DNA of 64,000 nucleotides from Takakia lepidozioides (Eukaryota; Plantae; Bryophyta): NCBI GenBank assembly GCA_030704615.1, contig CM060734.1, positions 28,086,001 to 28,150,000 of the forward strand, read 5' to 3'. Shown piece by piece: positions 51,745 to 63,525 of this stretch (position 1 is its first letter; each line of letters starts with the position of its first letter). The notes under the pieces were generated by a model. It saw only the letters and a program-made list of their open reading frames with translations, ran no database searches and was not told where the DNA came from. The position numbers and the translations under genes were made by a program.

Positions 51745-54700
51745 CATGGGGTCGGGCAAGCCGAAGCGAAAGCGGAACGGCCCAAAAGATGATGACCCCG
51801 GTGAGCCCGATGGGGGCGACGTGTCACCGAGGCGGCCGTTTGAGGAAGCGATTAATGTTTCCGAAAACGAGGCCGCTCAGGAGCGGAGGAATCCGAGGAG
51901 TCGGAGCCCGAGGAATCTTTGAGAGCTCCGACAAACCAAGAGATGCCTCCCATGCCGGCAGCCTTTTGGGAAGGGTTGTTTGCGCAGTTTGGCGGGACGT
52001 TGAAAGACGTGTTGAAGGCGGCTAATGCCACTTCCACCAAGGCAAAGTTTAAGGTGAAGCCTAAGGAACCCGGCACCTTCGAGGGCGTTCGAAACCGGAA
52101 GGCACTCAACACCTGGCTCCTGGAGCTAGAGCAGTACTTCCGGGCGGCCAAGTTGAGTGACGAGGATCGGGTGGAAGTGGCTCCCACCTATTTGAGGGGC
52201 TATGCTCAACAATGGTGGCAGAAACGCCTTCACGACCGAGGCCCAAGCCCGGAAACCTTGAACTGGAGTGAGTTCAAGGAATTGATGAAGAGACAGTTTG
52301 TGCCCCTCAACGCATCCTGGCTTGCCCGGGACAAGATGAGGAATTTGAAGCAAACAGATGACATTCGGGGTATGTCCAGGCTTTCAATGTGCTGTTGCTC
52401 GAAGTCGCGGACATGGCAGAACCAGAAATGGTCAACTTTTGTGGCGGGACTGGCCCCATGGGCTAGGCGGAAGTTGGAGGAGAAGCCACCCAAGACTTTG
52501 AACGAGGCAATTGAGAGAGCTGAATGTTTCTCGGATGTCCCTAGGGGTGAGAGACAAGGCCGTACGGAGCTGAACCACAAGAAGACCCGGCGGGAAGGTG
52601 ACTCCTCCCGACCGGAAAAGAAGTGGGATAGGCCACGCGGCGAAAATGGCACGTGGAAATCGAAGGGAGGTCCCTCACACGTCAAGGCGGCACCCGGTGC
52701 TTCGAAAGGAAAAGCGGTGGAGCGACTTATGGCGGACAGAAGGCGACCTTTGATGAGAGTGTTTCAATTGCGGGGAGCCCGGGCACATGGCCAAGAAGTG
52801 CACGAAGCCCGGCAATTGAACATGACTCGGGCGACCACGGAGCTGTCGGAAGATACCATCAGTCGCTTGGTGGAAGCGGTGGTCGCCAGGACTTGCAAGG
52901 TAGGCAAATTTTCTTGTGAGTTGTATCAGGAAACTGGCGCCTTACGAAAAGGGAGTCAGTTATTGTTCGTGGATGGGATAATATCCGGAACTAATGTGTC
53001 GTTGTTGGTGGACACAGGAGCGTCGCACTCCTTCATGACGCCGGCGGCGGCGCGAAAGTTGGGACTCCCGACAAGTGACGTGGGGGCCTCTATTGAGGTG
53101 CGCTCTGCCAAAGGAGAACCTCAGTTGGCGACAAGGTTGGCGTTTGATGTTCCTCTTCAACTGGGGAGTTGGGAGGGACGTGAGAACTTCACTATCTGCG
53201 AGATCGATGGAGTGGATCTCATTTTGGGAATGACCTTTTTGAGCAAATCCGGAGCGGTCATAGATGGCCGCAAGAGAGTAGTCACGCTGCCATGTGGGAA
53301 TGGTGGCGAGGTTTTACGAGTGTCGGAAACGCCCAAATCCGTGGGAGGGCGAATAAACCTTCTATCAGCAAAGGAGTGGGCCGTGGAGGAGACACACGAG
53401 TCCCAGTTTTTGCTTTACATTAGAGAAGTGAAAGGAGAAGGCGATGGGGAGCCGAGCCCAGATTGGATCAAGGGGATTTTGGAGAAATACCAGGATGTGA
53501 TGCCGGAGGATTTACCAAGCGGCTTGCCACCGCGAAGAGAGTTGACCACAAAATTGAGGTGATACCGGGATCGGAACCGCCTGCCAAGGCGCCCTACCGG
53601 TTGAGCCACAAAGAGTTGGTCGAGCTGAAGACTCAGCTCAAAGATCTAATGTCAAAGGGGTACATCCGGCCGAGTAAGTCACCTTACGGAGCCCCGGTGC
53701 TATTTGCAGACAAGAAGGATGGGACGCTGCGGATGTGTGTCGATTACAGGGCTCTGAATAAGGTGACTATCAAAAACCGGTACCCTTTGCCAAGGATCGA
53801 CGACCTCTTCGATCGGTTGGCAGAGCGAAGTATTTCAGCCGGATCGACTTGCGCTCCGGCTATCACCAAATTCGGGTGGCGGAAGGAGATGAGGAGAAGA
53901 CCGCGTGCAGGACAAGGTATGGTTCATATGAGTTCTTGGTGATGCCTTTTGGGCTCACCAATGCACCAGCGACATTTAGCACGCTGATGAACAGCCTTTT
54001 CCAGGAGTGGTTGGATGACTTGTGATCGTGTACATCGACGACATCTTGGTGTACTCGAAAACAAAGGAGGAGCACCTGGAGCACCTCAAAAGGGTGTTCC
54101 AAAAATTGCGAGAAGGGAAGCTGTATGCCAAAGCTTCAAAGTGCGAATTCGGGGTCACAAAAGTGGAGTTCTTGGGGCACGTGATTACACAGGATGGGAT
54201 CAAAATGGATGACAGAAAGGTGAGGGCGATCTTGGACTGGGAGCCTCCGACTTCGGTCCCGGGAGTGCGATCCTTCCTAGGACTCGCCTCCTATTACCGG
54301 AAGTATGTGAGAAAATTCGCCAAGATCGCGGGGCCGCTGTCGGACCTTGTGTAAATCCAAAGTCTGGGTATGGAACACATTTGTGGGCCAAGCTTTTGCT
54401 GAATTGAAGCAGCGGATGACGGAAGCTCCAGTCTTTAAAAATCCCGGAGTTCGATCGTCCGTTTGAGATTCATACAGATGCATCGGACTTCGCAATTGGG
54501 GGTGTACTTATGCAAGATGGACGTCCAGTGGCTTACGAAAGTAAGAAACTGAATGAAGTGGAGCGACGGTGGCCGACGCACGAAAAAGAGATGAAGGCGG
54601 TGGTACATTGCCTTGAACTCTGGCGCCACTATGTTGGTTCCAACCCAGTGAAGGTGTTCACGGACAATGTCACGGTGAAGTATTTTGCCACGCAGCCCAA

Positions 54701-56300
54701 GTTGTCCCCAAAACAACTTAGGTGGCAAGATACTTTGGCAGTGTTCGACGTGGATATCCAGTACAAACCGGGACGGGACAATGTGGTGGCCGATGCTTTA
54801 AGTAGAAAGCAGCAGCTCTTGTTGGTGTACAAGGGCGAGACGGCGCTCCAAAGGAAGATCCGGAAGGCTTGCCGGAAGGATGAGCTGGCAAAGTGCGTGA
54901 TGCAGAACTTGAGAATGGGGGTTAAATCGCAGTTCCACTTGCAAAACGGACTGCTCCGGTATAAGCAAAAACGTCTCTATGTGCCAAAGGGAGGGATCAG
55001 GGATAGTCTCTTGAGAGAATGCCATGATAGCCCGCTTGCGGGCCACGGTGGAGCCAAGCGCACTGCGGCACTCTTGAAGAAAGAGTATTTCTGGCCCAAA
55101 CTGAGGGAGGAGGCAGAGGAGTATGTAAAGACATGCACCACATGCCAACAAAACCGGAGCGAGCGAGTATAAAAAGCAAGCGGGGCTGTTACAACCCTTG
55201 CCGATTCCAGAGGGGACTTGGGAAAGCGTCTCGATGGATTTCATGACTGCTATGCCGCTGTCAAAAGGATTCGATGCAATCATGGTGGTGGTAGATAGGT
55301 TCAGTAAAATGGCCCATTTCATCCCCACCAAGGAGACGGCAACTGCGCAGGAGACAGGGCGACTTTACTTCGCCCACGTCTTAAAGCATCATGGAGTCCC
55401 GAAGGATATTGTCTCGGACCGCGACCCAAAGTTTACGAGTAAATTCTGGAGAGCACTTTGGAAGAAGATGGGGACGAGGCTGAAGATGAGCACCGCCTTC
55501 CGACCTACGACGGACGGCCAAACGGAAAGAGTGAATTCCGTAGTGAAGCAATTCTTGCGGAATTACGTGTCGGCAGACCAATCAGACTGGATGGAACACT
55601 TAGACGCGGCAGAGTTCTGTTATAATAACACAGAACACTCCGCGACGGGAGTTTCCCCTTTTGTGTTGGTCTATGGAAAAGCACCTCTGGTGCCGACAAG
55701 TTGGGCCGCCCAGGACGTTGAGGAACCGGCAGTAGCGGCGGTACTGGAAGAACGCGAGCGTTTGTTGAAGCTCGCAAAGTACAACATTGCCAAAGCTAGG
55801 AAACGGTATGAAAGGCAGGCGAATCGGAAGCGGAGGGAAGTGAAGTTTGAGGCAGGCACAGAGGTCTGGTTGAACATCAAGAATTTCGACTACCTCCGGA
55901 AATGAGTCCGAAGTTCGTACCTCCGTATGCGGGTCCCTTTCGCATTCGGAGGGTTATGAATGAGGATGTGTATGAATTGGAGCTGCCAGCAAACAGCAAG
56001 GTGCACCCAGTATTCCATGTCTCCCTTTTGAAGCCTTACTTCAAAGATGAAGCACGTCCGAATCGGCAGCAAGTGTTGCGTCCGCCACCTATGCTGTTGG
56101 ATCATGAAAATGAACCGAGTACGAGGTGGAGGCAATACTTAAGTCGAGGAGGTTCAAGAACCGAGAAACGGAGTATCTCGTCAAATGGAAGGGCTATCAT
56201 CTTGTGGAGGCATCTTGGGTGCGTGCTCAGAAATGGGAAACGCATCCGAGGCAGTTGCAGCGTTCGAAGGGCGACCTCAAAAGCGGGAAGAAGCGTTGAT
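51745..56300 (+). CDS. Chromovirus gag-pol polyprotein (frameshifted as sequenced)
   Basis: [13 protein letters not shown]; [13 protein letters not shown] and YIDD; [17 protein letters not shown]; [35 protein letters not shown]; chromodomain [11 protein letters not shown]...EYLVKWKGY...SW at ~56117-56225. Confidence 0.92.
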
Positions 56301-57203
56301 GGGGACATCAACCTTGGAGCGTGGGGGAGGAAATGCATGCTTAGCCCGGTTTAGCTAGCTCAGGAATCCGATTGCAAAAACTTGTATTGTACAAAAATTT
56401 GTGATAAAGGAAATGGGTTCCAAATATTGTGCGTCCTATTGTGTTTGGAATGGTGATGCATGGTGTGGTTGGCTGGTGTGTAGAATGCATGCTAGCTTAC
56501 AAAAGTGGGAGAGGTAAATTGGGTTAATCGTGTGTTTGCGCAGTGCCGAAATCGGGTGACTCCCATCCAAGGGGCAAGGAAACTTGCGCCTTATTTGGGA
56601 GTTCAAGTGCTAGTGCGCACCTGGCGCGTGCGCGTACTATAACTGCGCTACCGAGGGGGTTGCCTTGTAGTGCGGGCTAACGCGGAAGCTACGTGCTTCC
56701 GTTCACGTACTATAATCGTGTAGCCTCGGGACGAAGTCGTAGTGCGGCTTCGGCGTGTTCCGTACCTCAGGCCAGCATTCCAAGGCGGACCCAATTGTAG
56801 TGATTGGGGCGCACGGTTGGTTCAAGGTTATCTTCCTAGTCAAAGAGGGTTCCAGGTGAACCCTGCTCAAGGTGATGCCAAAAGCGGGCATCATGAGCGA
56901 TCGCAAGCAATGTTGTTGCAGTAAGGCGATTCGATCCTCGGGGAGGATCGTTCCTTGGCCTTGAAGTAGGCCAAGAAGAGTGCACTGGGAGGAGCTGGAG
57001 AGGCTCCACCCTTGCCGGGACTTGGAGGAAGTCGGCCGAACTAGCTAGTGGAGAGTGGAGTCAAGTGTGGGGTTTGGTTCTTTGCCATGGGACGCCATGG
57101 TACGGAAACAAACTCCTTGATGTGGGACGCCACAACTTGGATGTTCGTTTCTACAAAATGGACAAGTCGATGAGGACATCGACTCCCTGTTGGTAGGGGT
57201 GTG

Positions 57204-57930
57204 TGTCGCGGCCCTTTGCCTTGAGGGCAGGGGGTCGGGACACATGAGGGGCTGCCCCCTGGTGGGGGGGGGCAGCGGCGGCGATAGGTATGGGGGGCTG
57301 AAGCACCCTTGAGTGCCCAAGGCACTCAAGGAGGCGGAGGCGCTCACTAGGTGGAGCCCCGCACACCGGGTTGCGGTGGAGGTGGCTCCACAAGGGGTGG
57401 TGGTAGCTTAGTGGGACTTAGTGGGGGTGGCATAGGACTCACCATGGGGTGGAGACCTCGAGGTGGGAGTCGTGGGGAGTCTTGGGACTCATCACGGTCC
57501 ATTGGGGCCGCGGTGAGTGGGCCAAGACTCACCGCGACTCACCACCGGGAGTCGAGGGTTTTCGTGGTGGTTCGCCATAAAATGGCATGGCTGGTTATGA
57601 AACCCCCGCGGACAGCTACAGAAGTATATATAGGGAGTAGTAACCCCGAGAACGGTGCAAGCCCGTTGGTGACCAAAAACTAGTGAGTAAGCGAGCGAGC
57701 CGGAAAGCGACCAAAGAGTGGGGAGCTGTTCCGGACTGCCATCTACCAAAGGGAATTCTCCTAGTCCCAAATAGGTGGAGGGTTTAGAGGGAAGCGGAAG
57801 GGGACCGTTATGTCCCGGTGAGTAGCCGAAACTCCAAGTTGGCCCGGCGGCCAGGTTGGGAGTCAGGCGCGCGCATCAAAGCGGGCAACTATGACTTGAA
57901 GGGGAGTTTACCGAATTGAGGTGTGCGACA
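57204..57930 (+). repeat. 3' LTR of the chromovirus
   Basis: Direct repeat of the 5' LTR, followed by TSD TGCCT. Confidence 0.95.
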
Positions 57931-58311
57931 TGCCTCGTCTGCAAGTCCCGCAACACTCGCAACATCTCCCAAAACAAATGCGATCGTGCATCATGCAAGC
58001 CATTCCCATGACCTGCGGGAGAGTGTCCTTGGCAAGACCATCCAGCTATCACCAAGTCAATGGCACCATGCGGTCCAAATCATCCGCCCCAGCAAGGTAA
58101 TGTCTGCTGGCAAGGCCTTTTGATACCCTTGAATTGTTGAGAGAGGCAACAACTCAAGATACCGGTGTGTAAGCAAGGCGATGTGGCGCATAGAAATACG
58201 CCAAGCTATCTCATCCTTCTCCACATACAAGTACTTGCGTACTTTAATCCCTGCTTGCAACACTCCTGCAAGCCCAGTGCTCATACCTCCAAATAGGTCT
58301 AGCAAACAAAT
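57931..58311 (-). pseudogene. DNMT3-like methyltransferase, N-terminal part (motifs I-IV), copy 3
   Basis: ICLLDLFGGMSTGLAGVLQAGIKVRKYLYVEKD (I-II); after a frameshift, IDLVIAGWSCQGHSPAG...RSHLFWEMLRVL (IV, catalytic Cys). Confidence 0.9.
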
Positions 58312-59016
58312 CCCTGAGTCAGGTGGTTGCCAGGTAATGGGCACTGTATCCAAAAGAGCTAACTGAGGAGGTCCATGTGATGTCACTAAACTCCCCTCAC
58401 TCACCAATGGATAGGCCTCCTGCCATGCTTGGTGCACACACTCGCCTGCTACTCGATGCAAATTCCCAACTGTACCCCACAGTGGAATATGAACAAGCAC
58501 ATAAGGAAGCAAATCAGCCTTGTATGCCAATTGTTTGTCCTCATCAGGTGGTGGCCTATCATCTGCATAGCTATTGCCCTCCAAGAGCTCACCATCCCAA
58601 GCCACCACCCCTGAGAATGCAGCCAATGTGGGCATCATGTTCCTATGATCCACCGCTACATTCCCAATAAACCGCACTGGGAGCAGTGCACGTCGACCAT
58701 CTCCTGACTGCCATTCCGGCCTGTAGGATGTCATTTCCTCCCAAAAGTCCAGAGTGAATCCCATGGGGTATAACACCGCCCCACCAACAAGCACATCATA
58801 AGACATCGCGTCCGTAACAATGGCTTTAGCTCTCATGACTGAGCCGTTTGTAAGATAATCCGGCTGCAATCAAATGAAGAGCTCATGGCGTGTAATCCCT
58901 CGTGCCTTCTCTGAACCGCCCAAAGATGTTTGAATTTGGAAATGGAAAGGGCAAGGCTCCAAATCCGCCTCTGTAAGGCCCAAGCCTGCAATTGTTGCTT
59001 TGCCCAACATCAATGG

Positions 59017-61218
59017 CTATGCTCCCGAGTCCAACAAGACCCGCAGTGGCCTATACCTCCTCCCGGCTGGGCCACCCAACTGAAACACACCATCCTGATT
59101 GTCCACCAGGACTACCCCAGGAGTCACCATACTGCGCTCAATGGCTGGCCTAGCTGGCAACTCCTGCAACCTTGCAGCTACCGCTTGCCATGGCGCAGCT
59201 GTGGCTGTCTTCACCCTTGAATCCAGGGCATTCATGCATTGCACCTTATCCGCTATCCCCACAGATAGTGCCGATGCATCACCACTCTCACAAAGTCCAG
59301 CTGCCAGTTTAAACACTGCAGCTAGCCGCATCCCCGGCATTGCAATTGTTGTGGCAGAAAACAATGGAGCTTGGCAAATCGCCGTAGCCGCCCCCAACAA
59401 TGTACTGGCTGCACCTTGCTTTGCAGTACCACCCACTGGCATTTCCCGAGCCATACCAACTCTTCCCAATGGCACTCGTGGCTCTACCTCTGACACACTT
59501 GGGCGAGCGGGTGCCATCGATGGCATAGTTGGCACTGTCTCAGCCAATGTGAAAGACTGTGGAAGCCTTGTCTGCCAACTTGCTTCCCCTCTTTGTGGAT
59601 CAAAATCCACATCCGCTCCTCTTGGCTCAGGAGCACGCGTTGCTGCTCGAGTGACAGCAGCTGCAGAGTCCACATGCAATGGTCTTGCAAGTGCAGCTCC
59701 ACACATGAAGCCCATACCAATCTGGTCTTCCCTAGGCATATGAGGATATGCAGGTGGGGCTTGAACCTCAAGCCTTGGAGCTGGCGCAACATGAGTAGTG
59801 GCCATGGTAGCAAGACGTTGCTCTAGTTGGGCAAGCCTATCTACCATGCCTTGGTCATGACCTTGACCGTGACCCTGTGCTCCTTGGTTTTGGTTACGAC
59901 CTCCACCACGACCTCTGCCTCCTCTACCTCTCTGGACTACATTGCCTCGTCCTCGGCCACCATTGTTCCCTTGGAACTGGCCTGGCCGTAGCTCAGGATG
60001 CAAATCATAACAACGGGTCTCTTCATGCCCATACTTGTCACAATGCCTACACTGTAGTTGTGTAGGCTGTGGCTGTGCCGGCCCTTTGCCTCTCTCCGGG
60101 CAATCTCTCTTAACATGGGGTCCTCCACAATCCCAACATGTCACTCCCGACTGTTGTTGGCCTGAGAATGAAGGAAGTGACCTTTGCAATTGAGATCCTC
60201 TCTGTCTTTCCCTGGGCTTCGCCTGAGCCCCTTTGTTGCCTTGAGCACGTTGGGGTAGTGGTTGTTGTTGGCTAGGAGCCCCACTTTGTTGTGTCTCCTT
60301 ACCGAACCCCACCATGACCACTTGCTCCTCCACCATATCGAGCTCTATCCGCTCTGCCAGCAAAAACACGTTTGCTAAGTGGGTTGGGCCACTTGTAGGA
60401 GAGTTGCATCCCGCACCCTTCTCCTCAGCTCCTTGTCCAATATCCCATACCAGAATTGGACTGCTTGAGCTTCTGTAACCCCTTGGGTTACGTTTATCAA
60501 GCCCCCTCATGCGCGTGTAAGCCTCCCTTAAACTCTCGGCAGGCTTTCGTTGGAACTCTTGCAAACTCCGCAATTTCTCCGTCCTTATCCCTTGGTAGTT
60601 TCTCCTTAACTCCTCGAAGAACTCCACAACTGGGTTAAAGGCAGGCATGGGTGTTGGTGCTGCAGCAGGAGCTTGGGTGGACTTCCCAGCTCCTGTTCCA
60701 CTTGACGTCCCACTGCTGCTTGCAGAAGCTGCCGGTGTCACCACTGCCCTTGTGTCTCTAGTGATGGAGACATAGTCAGGTGACCAATACACCCGCCATT
60801 CCTCAATCTCCACCTCATATCTCCGCCTAAACTCATGGTAATCATCCATGGGCGGCCCCTCAAGGTGCTGAAACAGCCCCTTCCACGCCATAAAAGGCGT
60901 AAACAGTTGTGGATTGCGCATCTGCTGCAAATCACACCAACTGTCAAACTCTTGTATGAAGTCATCAAGCTCGATGGTGCCCATAGCTCCAGAGTACCTA
61001 CGTGGCCCCTTCGTAGCTCCATACATCTCCTCCATCATGTCCCACAACAATGGCACGGAAATGACTTGCACCCTCGGCGAGAATCCTCCTGACTTCGAGT
61101 CTGAACCTTCCTTAGAAGACACTGAAGGTGAAGGTGGCCTAAACCGCACACCTCGTCTTGTATACCCACTTGTATCGCTGGTGCTCGTACCGGCACTCTC
61201 CTCAGCAACTGGTGGCAC
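59017..61218 (-). CDS. Gag and start of the aspartic protease, copy 3
   Basis: 733-aa ORF with CCHC-type knuckles CWDCGGPHVKRDC and CRHCDKYGHEETRC; ends VLLDSGA. Confidence 0.85.
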   Translation of the reverse strand: MPPVAEESAGTSTSDTSGYTRRGVRFRPPSPSVSSKEGSDSKSGGFSPRVQVISVPLLWDMMEEMYGATKGPRRYSGAMGTIELDDFIQEFDSWCDLQQMRNPQLFTPFMAWKGLFQHLEGPPMDDYHEFRRRYEVEIEEWRVYWSPDYVSITRDTRAVVTPAASASSSGTSSGTGAGKSTQAPAAAPTPMPAFNPVVEFFEELRRNYQGIRTEKLRSLQEFQRKPAESLREAYTRMRGLDKRNPRGYRSSSSPILVWDIGQGAEEKGAGCNSPTSGPTHLANVFLLAERIELDMVEEQVVMVGFGKETQQSGAPSQQQPLPQRAQGNKGAQAKPRERQRGSQLQRSLPSFSGQQQSGVTCWDCGGPHVKRDCPERGKGPAQPQPTQLQCRHCDKYGHEETRCYDLHPELRPGQFQGNNGGRGRGNVVQRGRGGRGRGGGRNQNQGAQGHGQGHDQGMVDRLAQLEQRLATMATTHVAPAPRLEVQAPPAYPHMPREDQIGMGFMCGAALARPLHVDSAAAVTRAATRAPEPRGADVDFDPQRGEASWQTRLPQSFTLAETVPTMPSMAPARPSVSEVEPRVPLGRVGMAREMPVGGTAKQGAASTLLGAATAICQAPLFSATTIAMPGMRLAAVFKLAAGLCESGDASALSVGIADKVQCMNALDSRVKTATAAPWQAVAARLQELPARPAIERSMVTPGVVLVDNQDGVFQLGGPAGRRYRPLRVLLDSGA

Positions 61219-62552
61219 CTCCGTGATGAAAACTCACAACCACACGTGTTGTAAACCTGTCTCTAATCCCCTTTTCCACAAGGTAACCGGGTAGAGAACC
61301 TGTTACAGCTTATGGCTTAGACTACTAGGTTCGTAACATAAACCTGCACCTGCATCCACCGCAAGCACTCCTATGGTCTGCTGGTCATCAACCCAGCCTC
61401 ACCATAAGAGAAACAATGATGGTCTGACTGGTCATCACCCCAGCCTCACCACCAACAGCACGCTCTAGGATTGGCCGGTGATCAAATCCGGACCAACCTC
61501 CTATGAAAACAAGCGCCCACACAAAGCTAACATGGCGCACAGTCAAGCATGCAGGTGTGGAGAGGATCCAAACACAAGAAAATGAATACAGCAACTCCCC
61601 CACACCAAAAACACTCCATAGTGTCGCTCCTGCAATGACACCCCAGCCCAAACCCGGACTGACTCTTGCCTCCACCTACGGAAAGGTTTTGGCCTACAGA
61701 GAGGTGGAAGACTACAAAGAAGGAGACTAAAGCAATTCCTATCACATCATGCTCTCATCCCACTACCCTATCTCCACACTCTCTTGCTTGAACAATAGAC
61801 AAGACTATCTTTCAAGGGTCTCTCAAATAACTCTCCAGGAGCCCTCAAGAATATGTCTCTCAAACAATCTCACTATGGCTCCCAATCCTTGCACGACGGG
61901 ACTCCAAAATAGTACACCAAGGCCCCAAGCTTGCCAAAACTTAGCCCTCGAGGACCCCAATAGTCCCTCACACAAGTCGCCAAAGACTCCTCAAGCTCGC
62001 CAAATATTGGCCTCCAAGGACCCCAAATAGTCCTCCAAAGAACTCCAAATGGTCCTCCAAGGACCCCAAACAGTCCTCTAAGGACCCCCAACGGGGGCTG
62101 CTATTTCATGAGCCATGAGCCATGAGCGGCATGAGTGAGCAGAGTCGTAAGTGTGGAAAAAAACATGAGCAGCACTATTTTCCGGAAAATGAGTGTCCGC
62201 GGGAATAGGGTTTAGGGTGCCACGGTCATAGGGGGAGAAGGACCTCCCGATGAAGGAGGTTCGGCAATGTTATTTAGAATTATATATTGAAAGGCAATGT
62301 TTCGCGAATGGTAGGGTGGTACTGCTCTGTACAATGGGGGCCCATTTCAGCCTACCAGCCACTTGCAAATCCACCCACACTCCCAATCCCAAACGAAATG
62401 AGCAATGACGCATTCTGGGAACGATGGACACAGAATAGAATAAAAAGAGGGCACAATGAGGTTTTTATTGATCCACATGAATTGCATTTGAAGCGCGTCT
62501 ACTGTGCTGATTGTGCCATCAAATCTTGAGCCCTGGGCCTACTGAATACAAG

Positions 62553-63365
62553 TCACGTTGTCAATGGGACTTCGACTGCTCTCAGAACTAGCTCATGAGT
62601 CATGGGGCTCCTCCATGTAAAGTCGATTGCAGCCGTTGTACCGCCCCTAGTGATGTTCACCACAATGTCCTGCCCTTCAATCATACCACCATCGAATATG
62701 GAAATCTTCACGTTTTCGTCGTCCACACCAATGCGAATGTCCCCATACAATGGAGAAGAGGAGCGCACTCCTTGAGGAGAATAGATCTCTCCGATGGAGT
62801 CCACCCACGTCCAGTGGCAGCAGTTCCACCGCAACAGCATAGTAGTGCGCCTTCTTCTGCATGGGTGACCGTCGTAGCTGGGAAAATCGGAATCGAGGAT
62901 GCGCAGGAGCCACGGACTCCTCAGACCAAGATCGTCACCCCGCTCGAAGGCGTAGTGGCCTACGATATACTCAAAAGCCACCAATGTTTCCACAATCGAA
63001 CCAGTATCTTCTGTGTAATCTGTGTACCAGATAACAATGTCTCCCGATGTGGCCGAATACATTGCATAATCGATGCCTCCAAATGGGTAGTCGTCCCGGT
63101 TCCGGAAGCACGGCATCCTTGCAAAGGAGGACCTGAGGACGACTTGGATGCAGATGACAATGACCTTGCGGACAGCTACGAAGCCCTTAGATTTTGGAAA
63201 ATGATGCAAAGCAGAAGAGCAGTCCGGCCTCCAATAATGGAGCATCTGGGTCCCACGTACCCACCGACGGAGGTGGATGAACCCATACATCTTTCTCATC
63301 AAGAAGTTATAGTTTGAGATCTGCCACCGAAGTCCATTCCCCCGGTTGGAAATTCGGCGCCGCAT
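62553..63365 (-). CDS. Hypothetical protein of unrecognised family (paralog of the divergent ORF at 63526-64000)
   Basis: 270-aa open frame with protein-level similarity to the adjacent opposite-strand sequence. True start uncertain. Confidence 0.55.
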   Translation of the reverse strand: MRRRISNRGNGLRWQISNYNFLMRKMYGFIHLRRWVRGTQMLHYWRPDCSSALHHFPKSKGFVAVRKVIVICIQVVLRSSFARMPCFRNRDDYPFGGIDYAMYSATSGDIVIWYTDYTEDTGSIVETLVAFEYIVGHYAFERGDDLGLRSPWLLRILDSDFPSYDGHPCRRRRTTMLLRWNCCHWTWVDSIGEIYSPQGVRSSSPLYGDIRIGVDDENVKISIFDGGMIEGQDIVVNITRGGTTAAIDFTWRSPMTHELVLRAVEVPLTT

Positions 63366-63525
63366 TTACATCGAAGAGGGGATGGACTTCGTCGTGTCCA
63401 GTGGCTATCGGCCCACCTGGCAGTGAGTGCCCATAGTTTGCATGGCAGGGTAGGAAACTGAAACGGCTACTCATGAAGCAGCCAATCTTCATCGGTCCAG
63501 GATCCTGTAGGGGGGAAATTTAAAT

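Larger units (their letters stand above)
50973..57930 (+). mobile_element. Full-length chromovirus Ty3/Gypsy LTR retrotransposon (Galadriel-like)
   Basis: LTRs at 50973-51690 and 57204-57930 (TGTCGC...GCGACA); TSD TGCCT; PBS TGGTATCAGAGC (tRNA-iMet) at 51693; PPT before 57204; gag-PR-RT-RH-INT-chromodomain. Confidence 0.97.
45839..62090 (-). mobile_element. DNMT3/PHD-bearing Ty3/Gypsy element, copy 3 (most complete; interrupted by a chromovirus)
   Basis: gag-PR 59017..61218; DNMT 58311-57931 plus 50972-50440; RT ~49930-48850; RH 48044..48694; INT-PHD 46650..47900; PPT 46380-46392; terminal block 45839-46377. No 5' LTR found. Confidence 0.93.

Noticed and set aside
57931-58311. Host DNMT3 gene or bacterial restriction-modification methylase
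   Set aside because: It is intronless and embedded between PR and RT at the same position in diverged element copies; no partner nuclease is present.
36710-59743. Long plus-strand ORFs 36710..37390 and 59099..59743
   Set aside because: They are antisense shadows of the gag-protease frame.
27719-62090. DIRS/Ngaro tyrosine-recombinase retroelement (suggested by the methyltransferase and split repeats)
   Set aside because: The elements encode an aspartic protease and an HHCC/DDE integrase with a PPT. No tyrosine recombinase is seen, and the methyltransferase is C5-type rather than the DIRS adenine type.
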